From NCBI GenBank assembly GCA_021803465.1, contig JAJZLL010000011.1, positions 913 through 64,912 on the forward strand: DNA of 64,000 nucleotides, in the 5' to 3' direction. The DNA is from a bacterium (lineage in GTDB: Bacteria > Chloroflexota > Dormibacteria > Aeolococcales > Aeolococcaceae). The translations under genes and the position numbers were made by a program. This document shows positions 9,842-19,275 of this stretch, piece after piece. The notes under the pieces were generated by a model. It was not told the origin of the DNA. It did no database searches and worked only from the letters and a program-made list of their open reading frames with translations. Position 1 is the first letter of the stretch. Each line of letters begins with the position of its first letter.

Positions 9842-10738
9842 GTGGAGGATGTGGCAGCACGAGCACATTCCAGACTGAAGCCTGAACAAGCTTCCCCTCC
9901 CACTCGTGTGGATGCACTTCCACTCGCGGCCTGGTACCGTGCGCACGGAAGGCACGACCTCCCCTGGCGCCACACGATGGATCCCTGGCACATCCTCGTG
10001 AGCGAATTCATGCTGCATCAGACTCAGGTGTCTCGTGTGATCGAATACTGGACCCCGTTTGTAACACAGTGGCCAACACCCAAAACCTTTGCGGAAGCGC
10101 CGCTTCCAGACATCCTGCGGGCATGGAAGGGCCTCGGATATCCCAGACGGGCCCGCAATCTCCAAGATGCTGCAACACACATCTGGCAGCAGGGCTGGCC
10201 TGAGAACGAGAGTGGGCTTCTTGCCCTGCCAGGAATCGGCACCTATACCGCAAGGGCAATGCGCATCCTGGCCTGGAATGATGGAGCCTGCCAGCTCCCC
10301 CTCGATGTCAACATTGCCCGAGTGTTCTGGCGGCTCACTGCCACTGCAGGGGAAGTGGAGACTACAGGATGGAGCATGTCACGGCGTGAACTTGTCTACG
10401 CCCTTTTCGATCTTGGCTCCCTGATCTGCCGTGCACGGACACCGCTCTGTCCACAATGTCCACTTTCCTCTTCCTGCACTGCGTTTGGCACAGGCATGGA
10501 CTCGGCCCCCCTCCTGAGAAAGCGCCAGGCACCATACCGTGGATCCTTCCGCGAACTACGGAGCGCAGTACTCGCACTCTGTCTTGCAGACTCCACGCTT
10601 TCCATCGCAGCTCTTGAGAAGCGCAGTGTCCACATCCTTGGAAGAGCACCTGAACGGAATGAGATAGAGAGGGCACTCCGTTCGCTGGCAGCGGACGGCC
10701 TTCTCCAGATGACACTGACAGAGGACCATCCACTATGA
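9842..10738 (+). CDS. mutY: A/G-specific adenine glycosylase-like HhH-GPD base-excision repair enzyme (MutY catalytic domain only)
   Basis: HhH-GPD motifs (LVSEFMLHQTQV..., LPGIGTYTARAM), GLGYPRRARNL, and 4Fe-4S loop CRARTPLCPQCPLSSSC; only 298 aa so no NUDIX-like C-terminal domain. Confidence 0.75.
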   Translation: MEDVAARAHSRLKPEQASPPTRVDALPLAAWYRAHGRHDLPWRHTMDPWHILVSEFMLHQTQVSRVIEYWTPFVTQWPTPKTFAEAPLPDILRAWKGLGYPRRARNLQDAATHIWQQGWPENESGLLALPGIGTYTARAMRILAWNDGACQLPLDVNIARVFWRLTATAGEVETTGWSMSRRELVYALFDLGSLICRARTPLCPQCPLSSSCTAFGTGMDSAPLLRKRQAPYRGSFRELRSAVLALCLADSTLSIAALEKRSVHILGRAPERNEIERALRSLAADGLLQMTLTEDHPL

Positions 10739-11793
10739 TCTCCCCGTTGAGCCGTGAGCTCCTTGATGCTGGTGGGGGCATCAGCTTCCAGCCCTCTCTC
10801 ACGCTTGATCCAGCCCGCATGGAATGTCCAGCCAAGCCAGAAGACGTGCCCCAGGTGGTGTTCGCAGGCTTTGCTTCTCCGTTCAGTGTTCTCATCCTCC
10901 TCGAGCTGCTCGCATCCGCACAGTTTTCCGTTGCAGGAATACTCACGAGTCACCGTGGTGGAAGCATCATTGCGAACAACCGGACCCTTGCGGGAATCGC
11001 GGAGCATTTCCACATTCCATTCATCGGAGCAGCCAACATCAACGCTCCTGACGTGGCTGCAGCAGTCCATGGCTGGAATCCCGATCTTGGCATCATAGCG
11101 AGCTTCGACCAGATCTTCCATGCGCAGCTGCTCTCGATACCGGTCCATGGGTGGATCAATGTCCACCCCTCACTGCTGCCCTGGTATAGGGGAGCAGAGC
11201 CACTCTTCTGGACACTCGCGAACGGCGAGCGCACTGCAGGCATCTCGTTTCACCGTGCAGTCGAGCGGTTTGATGAAGGGGCCCTACTTGCCCAGAACAT
11301 GGTGCCTGTCGAGCAGGATGATACGGCTGGACGTCTTCTCGCACGGCTCATGGAAGGAGCGCTTACACTGCTCCCTTCCGTGCTTGACTACGCCATGCAT
11401 GGTGGGAAAGGAACACTGCAGCCCAATGGAAGCTATCCTGCTGCACCTCCCATTGGGCACTTCCCGCTACGTGCCTGCGAGAGTGCCCAGCAGGCACGAA
11501 GAATCGCCCTGGCAGGACTCCCTGACTTTGCTCCATGGATCGAGCTCAACGGAACGCGCCTGTTCATCCGCGCAGTATCGGATGCTCCTCTCCTCAACAC
11601 CATTTCCCTCACCTTTCCTGATGGATCTCAACTGTGGTTCCCCGAGCTCACTGAGCAGTGCAGCTGCATCCACCACCGCCCAGACTGCCCTGCAATTCGT
11701 GATACGCTTCCCACGTCACGCGCACTTCCTCCTATAGTAGGTAGCAGCGAACACATTTCCACAGCGGAGCATAGTGCAGCGAGGAATCCATGA
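10735..11793 (+). CDS. Formyltransferase-family protein (Fmt-like)
   Basis: Formyl_trans_N-like motifs: VVFAGFASPFSV, HGWINVHPSLLPWYRGAEPLFWTLANGERTAGISFH; ATGA overlap with mutY stop. Start could alternatively be the internal Met at 10816. Confidence 0.65.
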   Translation: MISPLSRELLDAGGGISFQPSLTLDPARMECPAKPEDVPQVVFAGFASPFSVLILLELLASAQFSVAGILTSHRGGSIIANNRTLAGIAEHFHIPFIGAANINAPDVAAAVHGWNPDLGIIASFDQIFHAQLLSIPVHGWINVHPSLLPWYRGAEPLFWTLANGERTAGISFHRAVERFDEGALLAQNMVPVEQDDTAGRLLARLMEGALTLLPSVLDYAMHGGKGTLQPNGSYPAAPPIGHFPLRACESAQQARRIALAGLPDFAPWIELNGTRLFIRAVSDAPLLNTISLTFPDGSQLWFPELTEQCSCIHHRPDCPAIRDTLPTSRALPPIVGSSEHISTAEHSAARNP

Positions 11794-12224
11794 ACGAGAG
11801 GAAGCCACTCAGCAATCAGACTGATCCCCTGCATACCTATGTCCAGAAGGATGAGTTCTACACCCTCTCTGCACCAGAAAGGAGTGGATCATCCAAGACG
11901 CTGTGCCTGTTTCTGCTTGATCCCGAACTGAACGAGCAGTCCCGCGAGGGCCACTTCTCCCTCATCTCCGGGTACACGCGTGAGAATGAGCCGAAGTGCA
12001 TCATTGCTGATGCCCTTGCTGTCCTTCTCATTGAAGGCGGTGTGGAGGGTGCTGGACGACTGTGTGGACGCATTCTCCAGCTGTTCTCATCCCTTCACCT
12101 AGCGCAGATTCTCACAGTGCTTGTCACTTCCCTACCTGGACCACTCACTCCCGAGCGCACAGCAGAGCTTGTTGCCAAGGGACGGACACTGGAAGCTGGT
12201 GCAGTCCACGTCATCGGGGAGTAG
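11790..12224 (+). CDS. Hypothetical protein
   Basis: 144-aa ORF whose start overlaps the stop of the formyltransferase gene (operon-like); no recognisable motif. Confidence 0.4.
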   Translation: MNERKPLSNQTDPLHTYVQKDEFYTLSAPERSGSSKTLCLFLLDPELNEQSREGHFSLISGYTRENEPKCIIADALAVLLIEGGVEGAGRLCGRILQLFSSLHLAQILTVLVTSLPGPLTPERTAELVAKGRTLEAGAVHVIGE

Positions 12225-12244
12225 CATCACTTCGTTTCCCGGAT

Positions 12245-12292
12245 GCGGCAGGAGCGGCAGCACATGGGAATCATGTCCTGCCACTCCCTGCG
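12245..12292. terminator. Putative bidirectional hairpin terminator between convergent flp and hypothetical gene
   Basis: Imperfect inverted repeat gcggcaggagcggcag ... ctgccactccctgcgg in the 89-nt convergent intergenic region. Confidence 0.35.
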
Positions 12293-12313
12293 GTTGTTCA
12301 CTTCAAGGGATAT

Positions 12314-12529
12314 CTATCCAGTCGCGTATTTCACTCCTTTCTCAATGTTGGAATACACGTTGTTGACCTGGTGACCAAGAAGAATGACTGTCACAAGCAC
12401 CGCCAGCGCAATGAGTACGATTATGAATGCATATTCGACGATACCCTGACCCTTCTCATCCTGGCTTCCCAGTCGCATCCCGTCCCTGCATCGCAGCAGG
12501 CCGGGAAGAGATCGAAGCCACGTTGCCAC
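12314..12529 (-). CDS. flp: Flp family type IVb prepilin
   Basis: Processing/mature motif GQG|IVEYAFIIVLIALAVLVTVILLG (G/XXXXEY) with short C-terminus; probable GTG start (VATWLRS...) 9 nt downstream of SD GGAAAGGAGG. An in-frame ATG at 12478 would give a shorter leader. Confidence 0.7.
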   Translation of the reverse strand: MATWLRSLPGLLRCRDGMRLGSQDEKGQGIVEYAFIIVLIALAVLVTVILLGHQVNNVYSNIEKGVKYATG

Positions 12530-12538
12530 TATAGGCTG

Positions 12539-12619
12539 CCTCCTTTCCGTCTCGTGTTCTCGCACGCCCAATAATTCTGTGCCGAATTATAGCACCCTGT
12601 TACATTCGCAACTGCGATG
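12539..12619 (-). promoter_or_regulatory. Putative flp promoter and ribosome-binding site
   Basis: Perfect -10 TATAAT (complement of 12586-12591) with TTGCGA-like -35 upstream; SD GGAAAGGAGG (complement of 12539-12548) before GTG start. Confidence 0.4.
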
Positions 12620-13555
12620 TCATCCACCTGTCATAATCTTGACGATTGCGGGCCCGAGAAGCACGAGAAACACGCATGGAAAGATGCAGAGCAGCATGGG
12701 AAGCAGCATGAGTACAGGTGCCTTGTGTCCCGCCTCCTCCGCCCTCTGCTTCCGTATTCTCCGGAGTTCCTCCGACTGGACACGGAGCACATTGGCCACA
12801 CTCACGCCAAGGGGTTCTGCCTGAACGACTGCCCGGATGAAGTTGTCGAGCTCATCGACTGGATTCCTCTCCGACATGGCAGTGAGAGCCTCAAGCCGTG
12901 GCCTGCCCAGACGGATCTCGTCGAGTGTCTTCTGGAACTCCTTTCCCAATGGACTCTGTTCCGACTCGGCCACACGGTTCATGGCCATGTCCATGCTGAG
13001 CCCTGCCTCCATGCTGATGGTCAGGAGATCCATGACGCCTGGAAGGGCACGGGAGATGAGCTTCTGCCTCTTCTTGATCTTGCTCTTGAGTGATGAAACA
13101 GGAAGACTCCTGCCAAAGAAGACCCCTCCTGCAACTGCTGCAAGCGTGATCGGAAGCCCAAGGCTGAGATAGTTCCCCAGGAAGAATGCTGCCACGACAA
13201 AGACGATCGGGAGAATGATCTGCTGTCCCAACAGCATCTGGGGTGACTTCCCCTCAACGTCAGCCTGGACAATAAGCCGCTGGAGTTTCTCGATCTGGCC
13301 CGCCTTCGAATTCCTCATCATGAGGTTGCCAATGCGGTTGAAGAGCGGTGATATCACCCGTTCCGAGAAGGGAAGGGCCATCTCGTCATCACTGGCTGGC
13401 AGTGCAATGTTCGAACTTCCACCCATTGCCTCATCAACTCCGTAGAGGCGCTGCTCAAGGCGATCCTTGCTGGTTGAGGGAGAAGCTATCACAAGCACGA
13501 GGACAAAGACCCCGATGATGACTGCAATGCCTTCCACGATAGTGATCGGTGTCAT
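12620..13555 (-). CDS. tadC: Tad pilus inner-membrane platform protein TadC (T2SS F family)
   Basis: 311 aa, N- and C-terminal TM helices flanking cytoplasmic T2SSF-like domain (LISRALPGVMDLLTISMEAGLSMDMAM...). Confidence 0.8.
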   Translation of the reverse strand: MTPITIVEGIAVIIGVFVLVLVIASPSTSKDRLEQRLYGVDEAMGGSSNIALPASDDEMALPFSERVISPLFNRIGNLMMRNSKAGQIEKLQRLIVQADVEGKSPQMLLGQQIILPIVFVVAAFFLGNYLSLGLPITLAAVAGGVFFGRSLPVSSLKSKIKKRQKLISRALPGVMDLLTISMEAGLSMDMAMNRVAESEQSPLGKEFQKTLDEIRLGRPRLEALTAMSERNPVDELDNFIRAVVQAEPLGVSVANVLRVQSEELRRIRKQRAEEAGHKAPVLMLLPMLLCIFPCVFLVLLGPAIVKIMTGG

Positions 13556-13560
13556 TACTG

Positions 13561-14547
13561 CTACACCTCCACATTCACTATCTTGCGGATGATGGCATAG
13601 CCGCCTGCAATCATGAAGAAGGCAAAGCCGAGCATGATCTGGCCAGGCAGCTTCGTGAGCATGGGATCAAAGTAGGTTGGAGCAATCATGTAGAGGATTC
13701 CACTCAGTGCCAGCGGCAGCACTATGAGCACCCAGCCTGAAGCACGGGCCTGTCCAGTTATGGTCTTGATCTCACCCTTGATGCGCACACGTTCCCGGAT
13801 GGTGTATTCGATGTTGTCAAGAATGACAGCGAGATTTCCACCCACCTGCTGCTGGATCTGGATGGCTGTCATGAGAAGCTTCAGGTCCTCCGACTCGCTC
13901 CGCTCGACCATGTGGCCAAACGCCTCAATGAAGGGGACTCCCAGCTGTGTCTCCCGCATCACGCGTGCGAGATCTGGCCCCATGGGTGGAGCCGCATTCT
14001 GGGAAACCAGACTCATCGCCTGAGCAAGCGTGTACCCCGCCTTGACTCCATTGCTGAGTGCGAGGACAGTCGGGCCAAGCTGGTCCTCAAACTTCTTCCG
14101 CCGCTTGTTGTAGCGCATCTTCAGGTAGTAGCGGGAACCGACAATGCCAATGATTATGCCCACAATGAGACCAAGGATGCTTTTGAAGCGCAGCATGAGC
14201 AGCAGTCCCAGCACAATGCTTCCCGCAGTCGACATCGCTGTCCACTCCGCTGGGTGCAGCTTGAGGTCAGCCCTCTGCAGCTGCTCCACCAGCTTTGCTC
14301 CACGAGTGGACTTTTCGAAGCGCTTCCCAACACTCTGCTGCAGCGAATCGCGGATGTCGAACGACCTCCGCTTCGTGCCCTGAAGCGCAAGAGGAGTGTC
14401 TCCATACTCATCTTCCCATTCACTCTCCATTGACGGCGTGGCTTCAGGCTCTTCCGCAGCACGGGCCTTTGAGCCCGTGAGGAGGAACACTGCGCTGAAC
14501 ACTCCCAGGATGACGAGTGCACCGGCAATGAGAGAGACGAAAGTCAC
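13561..14547 (-). CDS. tadB: Tad pilus inner-membrane platform protein TadB (T2SS F family)
   Basis: 328 aa, T2SSF-like domain (FEDQLGPTVLALSNGVKAGYTLAQAM...), adjacent to tadC. Confidence 0.8.
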   Translation of the reverse strand: MTFVSLIAGALVILGVFSAVFLLTGSKARAAEEPEATPSMESEWEDEYGDTPLALQGTKRRSFDIRDSLQQSVGKRFEKSTRGAKLVEQLQRADLKLHPAEWTAMSTAGSIVLGLLLMLRFKSILGLIVGIIIGIVGSRYYLKMRYNKRRKKFEDQLGPTVLALSNGVKAGYTLAQAMSLVSQNAAPPMGPDLARVMRETQLGVPFIEAFGHMVERSESEDLKLLMTAIQIQQQVGGNLAVILDNIEYTIRERVRIKGEIKTITGQARASGWVLIVLPLALSGILYMIAPTYFDPMLTKLPGQIMLGFAFFMIAGGYAIIRKIVNVEV

Positions 14548-14562
14548 AGTTGTTCACCCATG

Positions 14563-15420
14563 CTACTGGACGTAGTTGTTGATGTTTGATGGACCGACTG
14601 ATGCTGCCCCGGAAAGCTGGCCATTCTGGTACAGGGCACCGTTGGCAATGACAAAGCTCAGAATTGCGGACGGGTTTGTTGCCTGGAGATATTCGAAGGC
14701 TGCAGCCTGAGCTGGCGACATCTCCACAATGAGCACGGAAGGCGTGGTCACAACGGGTGGTGGAGCTGCTGTCGTACTGCCAGACTTCGCTGCAGGAGAT
14801 GCAGCAGTGGCCGATATTGTTTCATCAAGACTTCCCACCTTGAGCACTTTGACATCCTGGAATCCGTACGATACGGGAGTGCCTTTGCCCCCAATCTGGG
14901 TGAGGATGTTGATGAAGTCACCCGGCTGGATGTAGTAGCCAAGACCAAGGGTCACGTTTGTGGTGATTGCCACAGCAACATCCCCTGGATCGGGGAACAC
15001 GCTGTCCGAAGCGGAAGGGACACCTGTCGCATTCGATGTCACAAATGTGGACTGCAGAATTGTGCCCTGGGCTATCTGGATCGCAGAGAACTTGCCAACG
15101 ACTCCTGTCGTAGTCGAAAACACTGTCCCCTGCGGGAGTACTGTCTGGGGAACCTTCTTGACTGCAACCATGCTCAGGGAGAGCAGTGTGCCCTGGGGAA
15201 TGGGCGATGAGGCAACAACGACACTCACTGTAGGACCCTGGACTGACCCTGTGGGCGTGCCAGCAGCCTTTGGAGCATGACCCTGGGACAGGGCAAGAGC
15301 AAATCCTCCAGCTGCGACAACTGCGGCAATAATAGCAATGAGAATCCTTCGGCTTTGTCCACCTTGGTTCACTGAAGTCTCCTTTTGGATGGGCTCACAC
15401 TCACAGCAGTGCTCATACAT
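14563..15420 (-). CDS. cpaB: Second CpaB/RcpC-like Flp pilus assembly protein (SAF domain)
   Basis: N-terminal TM (ILIAIIAAVVAAGGFALAL) + SAF-like segment and Pro/Thr-rich C-terminal part; same architecture as 8364..9212. Confidence 0.6.
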   Translation of the reverse strand: MYEHCCECEPIQKETSVNQGGQSRRILIAIIAAVVAAGGFALALSQGHAPKAAGTPTGSVQGPTVSVVVASSPIPQGTLLSLSMVAVKKVPQTVLPQGTVFSTTTGVVGKFSAIQIAQGTILQSTFVTSNATGVPSASDSVFPDPGDVAVAITTNVTLGLGYYIQPGDFINILTQIGGKGTPVSYGFQDVKVLKVGSLDETISATAASPAAKSGSTTAAPPPVVTTPSVLIVEMSPAQAAAFEYLQATNPSAILSFVIANGALYQNGQLSGAASVGPSNINNYVQ

Positions 15421-15536
15421 GCACCACTCTCCATCCTACGGACGCCCAACGTGGGACCAAGGGTTTTCACACACTTGTCACCCGATCGCATCACGGCGTG
15501 CACGCAGGAATTGTGCGGATCGATATACTGCGATCG

Positions 15537-16205
15537 ATGGCACGGTCTCAAACACATTCTCGAATCTATCTTGTACGGCACTGCGATGTGCACAATCCGG
15601 AAGGCATCATCTACGGATTTCGGCCAGGCACGCATCTCAGCGCGTATGGTGTCTCCCAGGCAAGAACACTCGGCTCATATTTTCGAAGCCGTCCCATCAG
15701 CGCAATTTTCACGAGTCCCCTTGAGCGTGCACGGGAAACTGCATCAATCATTGCTGATGCGCATACTCCGCCTCTTGCCATGACTATCTCCGATGACCTT
15801 CGGGAAGCAGACTTCAACAGGCACCTCGAAGGTGTCAGACGTCCCTTCATTCCCCTTCTCAGACCCCTGTGGCTCATCCACCTTGCAGCACCTGGTCTCC
15901 TGCCCCTTGACGAGTCAGTGAACGCACAGGCTGCACGAATGTTCCACGCGATTCATGATGCTCAGGCGCATCATCCTGCTGGCGAGGTCATTCTCGTGAG
16001 TCATGGAGATCCCATTCAGTCACTCTGGATCGTGGCTTCCGGACGCTCCCGATACGCTCTCCACCATCTCCAGTGCGCGAAGGGAGGCATGCTCATCCTC
16101 GACTTTGAGAACAGCAGGCTTGTCCACCTCGAGTATCTCCCTCCACTCGAGATCCGGTTCCGTGCTGCCCATCCTGGAGCGCGTGAGGACCCCGAGTTCT
16201 CGTAA
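15537..16205 (+). CDS. Histidine phosphatase family (phosphoglycerate mutase-like) protein
   Basis: RIYLVRHCD...FTSPLERARETASII...VILVSHGDPIQ catalytic-core motifs; start trimmed to internal Met. Confidence 0.7.
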   Translation: MARSQTHSRIYLVRHCDVHNPEGIIYGFRPGTHLSAYGVSQARTLGSYFRSRPISAIFTSPLERARETASIIADAHTPPLAMTISDDLREADFNRHLEGVRRPFIPLLRPLWLIHLAAPGLLPLDESVNAQAARMFHAIHDAQAHHPAGEVILVSHGDPIQSLWIVASGRSRYALHHLQCAKGGMLILDFENSRLVHLEYLPPLEIRFRAAHPGAREDPEFS

Positions 16206-17681
16206 TCAGACGTGGAGCTGCTCCCGTGGAGTTCCATCGCCCGACTCCAGCACTGGTGCCGGTTCCGGCTCGGCAGGAACCACCTTGCCATTCTGTGGCT
16301 TCCCGCTCCGTTTCGCCTTCCTCGCAATTCTGGCCGCTTTTTCCCGCTTGTCGAGTATCGGCTTGATGTAGAGCTTGAGAATGATGCCCATCATGATGAG
16401 AAAGAAGGACACGTACACGAGGGGCACACCACTGTCCTTTGAGATCTGAAAGAGGGAATACGGCTTCAGCGCTGTGAACGAGATCGTGAATGGCACAGAG
16501 GTGTTGTTCGCCCCAGGAAGCTGCAGCTTCAGCGTTGTGCCAAGCGGAATGTAGACTTCCTGTCCGTTCTGGAAGTATGGCACCATCTGGGAAACATCAA
16601 GAGTGTCAACATTCTGGGGTACTCCATTGGTGAGTCCAAGGTTGCCAATGAAAAGCTGCATGCCCACAACGGGATTGTTGGCCACTCCACCTCCAGCAGT
16701 ATATGTCGTCCCAATAGTGTTGAGCTGTCCAGCATTTGTCACAGGGACAATCGTTCTCGCATCTGGAAGCATGACCATCTGTGCACCGAGCTGCAGGGGA
16801 TGGTGCGAGCCGGGGACAGTGTAGTTGAAGTCAGGCACCTTGAGCACGCATGTCTCATCGGACTTGTTCTCACCAAAGCACTCGATGGGACTGCTGAACA
16901 CGACCTGCCCTGCTGGATTGCGCACAGTAATGACTGGAGCCCAGCCATAGTCCTGCTGGTAGATGTGAATGCCATCGACAGCAAGGTAGTGGTTCACCTC
17001 CACATTGCGCGTCATGATCGGCTTTCCCTGCCTTTCAACAGTGATCGAGCTTTTGTAGAGGCTTGCCACTCCACCAGCACCGTACTTCGCGACAAAGCTG
17101 TTGAGATGAAGCTGGAGATTCGTGTGATAGCCGTTGGATAGCACTCCCTGCTCGAGCGAATCATACGATGCTGCTGCCTCTGTGACTGTCTGTCCCTGGA
17201 TGATGGTGAGCAGACCGTCGAAACCTGTCGCCTTGCCCCAGACTGCTGCAAAGAGGATGAGAAAGAACGATGTGTGGAAGAGCCAGCTTCCCCACTCTCC
17301 CCAGTACTGCGCATTCCGCGCATATCCGCGGACTGTCCGCACAACAAGAGCCTGCCCCCTTCGTAGGACACACCACCCGAGCGACAGATAGAGGCAGGCG
17401 ACAAGGGCATAGAACAGGGGGGACACAAACACGGAGGTGAGCGGGAGTCCCACTGCTGCTGCAAGACTGTTGAGATGCTGGTGCGAGGCAAGGAATGAGT
17501 CGACAAGCGTCTGAGAATCCGTGTTCTGCTGCGGCACAAGCGCACCAATGAGCGTGATGGCAATGATGGCGATCAGAAAGTAGATCGCAGTGCGCATCCT
17601 CGTGAACTCATGCCAGAACCGCAGCCAGAGCTGCAGTACACGTGGAGTACTCTTGCGCTTCGCAGTTGCGTGCGTTGACAC
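16206..17681 (-). CDS. resB: Cytochrome c biogenesis protein ResB/Ccs1
   Basis: 491 aa; N-terminal TM pair, large extracytoplasmic domain, C-terminal TM and Lys-rich tail, typical ResB topology and N-terminal sequence. Confidence 0.7.
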   Translation of the reverse strand: MSTHATAKRKSTPRVLQLWLRFWHEFTRMRTAIYFLIAIIAITLIGALVPQQNTDSQTLVDSFLASHQHLNSLAAAVGLPLTSVFVSPLFYALVACLYLSLGWCVLRRGQALVVRTVRGYARNAQYWGEWGSWLFHTSFFLILFAAVWGKATGFDGLLTIIQGQTVTEAAASYDSLEQGVLSNGYHTNLQLHLNSFVAKYGAGGVASLYKSSITVERQGKPIMTRNVEVNHYLAVDGIHIYQQDYGWAPVITVRNPAGQVVFSSPIECFGENKSDETCVLKVPDFNYTVPGSHHPLQLGAQMVMLPDARTIVPVTNAGQLNTIGTTYTAGGGVANNPVVGMQLFIGNLGLTNGVPQNVDTLDVSQMVPYFQNGQEVYIPLGTTLKLQLPGANNTSVPFTISFTALKPYSLFQISKDSGVPLVYVSFFLIMMGIILKLYIKPILDKREKAARIARKAKRSGKPQNGKVVPAEPEPAPVLESGDGTPREQLHV

Positions 17682-17745
17682 TATCCCCCCTCAAACACCT
17701 GCACTCTCCCCACTCTACGCCCAAGCCATGGAGCAGTGCAGAAGG

Positions 17746-19275
17746 CTACGGAGCAGCTATTCGAACGAGCAGTGCATCCCGTGCTGAAAGCGCGAGATGG
17801 TACACCACGGGAACAAAGACACCAAGAACCACTGTCGCAGCGACACCAAGTCCCACGACCACAGCCCCCACCCGTGCTGGAGCCAACCACGAGACAGTCC
17901 CACCCTGTTCGCTCTCCTGTGGACTGTAGAGGATGAGAATGACACGGATGTAGTAGAAGATGGATATCGCACTTGTAAGCACTCCCCAGATGGCAAGGGC
18001 AATCTGGCCATTCTGTATGGCGCTCGTGAACACAAAGAACTTTCCCCAGAAGCCCAGCAGCGGAGGGAATCCTGCGAGCGACAGCAGTGAGAGGGCCATC
18101 ATTGCTGCAACATACGGATGCGCATGTCCCAGTCCGCGAAGTGACCGGTACGAGGAGGAATCATCATCCCCCTTGGCAACAAGCATCACGCCCGCAAGAA
18201 CCCCAAAGGTGCTGAGCGTATACGCAGCAAGATACACAAGCACTCCCGCAATTGCAGCACTGCCAGACACGGCAACACCAATGAGCATGTATCCAGCCTG
18301 CGCGATGCCCGAGTATGCAAGCATGCGCTTGATGTTCGTCTGCCGCAAAGCCACAAGGTTGCCAATGAGCATGGAGAGGATGGAGATGGCGGATACTGCG
18401 ACTTCCCAATGCGTGTACAGCGGCGTGAGGGCAACACTGAAGATGCGGAGAATGGCTGCGAAGGCTGCCACTTTTGTGGCCACACTCATGAACGCAGTGA
18501 CTGCAAGTGGAGCTCCCTCATAGACGTCCGGTGTCCACATGTGAAATGGAGCTGCACTTACCTTGAAGCCGAGTCCCACGAAGACGAGCACAATGCCAGT
18601 GAGGAGGAGCGGATCCACGCTCTGCAGGTCTGCTGCAACAACCTGGGCAATGGCAGGAAGCTGCGTGTGGCCAGTTTCGCCGTAGACAAGTGCCATTCCC
18701 ATCAGGAGGATAGCGGAAGCGAATCCTCCCATGAGGAAATACTTGAATCCTGCTTCCTGGGACTTCGTGTTCCCACGCCGGAACCCTGACAGCAGATACA
18801 GAGCCAGTGAGAGGACCTCGATGGAAAGGAAGACCATCATGAGGCTCTCCGAGGAGCCAAGAAACATCATTCCCGCACTTGCTGCAAGGATAAGCGAGTA
18901 GAACTCCCCATGGTGGATCTTCTGTCGCTCAAGATACGAAGGGCTGAGCGCAACGACAAAGATGGCTGCAATGAGGATGAGGGCATTGATGAACAGCCCG
19001 AAACGGTCATACGAGAAGGATTCCGCATAGACGGAGATCTGCTGGCCACCAACTGTCACCCAGTCAATGACTGTGACAGCACCTGAAGCGAGCAGCACGA
19101 GGAGTGACCATGCTGCGAGCCACGACTTTCTCGAAGGAGGAATGAGCGTGTCAAGGACCATGGTGACAATGAATCCACCACCGACAATGAGCTCAGGAAG
19201 GAGATGGACAACATCAGCTCCTGAAGGAAACTGGAGTGCAGGAAGGGTGGCTGCGAGCATGTGCGCGAAGGTCAT
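17746..19275 (-). CDS. nuoN: NADH-quinone oxidoreductase subunit N
   Basis: 509-aa polytopic antiporter-like subunit; last gene of the nuo operon. Confidence 0.9.
   Translation of the reverse strand: MTFAHMLAATLPALQFPSGADVVHLLPELIVGGGFIVTMVLDTLIPPSRKSWLAAWSLLVLLASGAVTVIDWVTVGGQQISVYAESFSYDRFGLFINALILIAAIFVVALSPSYLERQKIHHGEFYSLILAASAGMMFLGSSESLMMVFLSIEVLSLALYLLSGFRRGNTKSQEAGFKYFLMGGFASAILLMGMALVYGETGHTQLPAIAQVVAADLQSVDPLLLTGIVLVFVGLGFKVSAAPFHMWTPDVYEGAPLAVTAFMSVATKVAAFAAILRIFSVALTPLYTHWEVAVSAISILSMLIGNLVALRQTNIKRMLAYSGIAQAGYMLIGVAVSGSAAIAGVLVYLAAYTLSTFGVLAGVMLVAKGDDDSSSYRSLRGLGHAHPYVAAMMALSLLSLAGFPPLLGFWGKFFVFTSAIQNGQIALAIWGVLTSAISIFYYIRVILILYSPQESEQGGTVSWLAPARVGAVVVGLGVAATVVLGVFVPVVYHLALSARDALLVRIAAP

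Noticed and set aside
10396-11166. 256-aa minus-strand ORF antisense to the formyltransferase gene
   Set aside because: Overlaps a gene with clear Formyl_trans_N motifs on the other strand; Arg/Ser/Glu-rich noise
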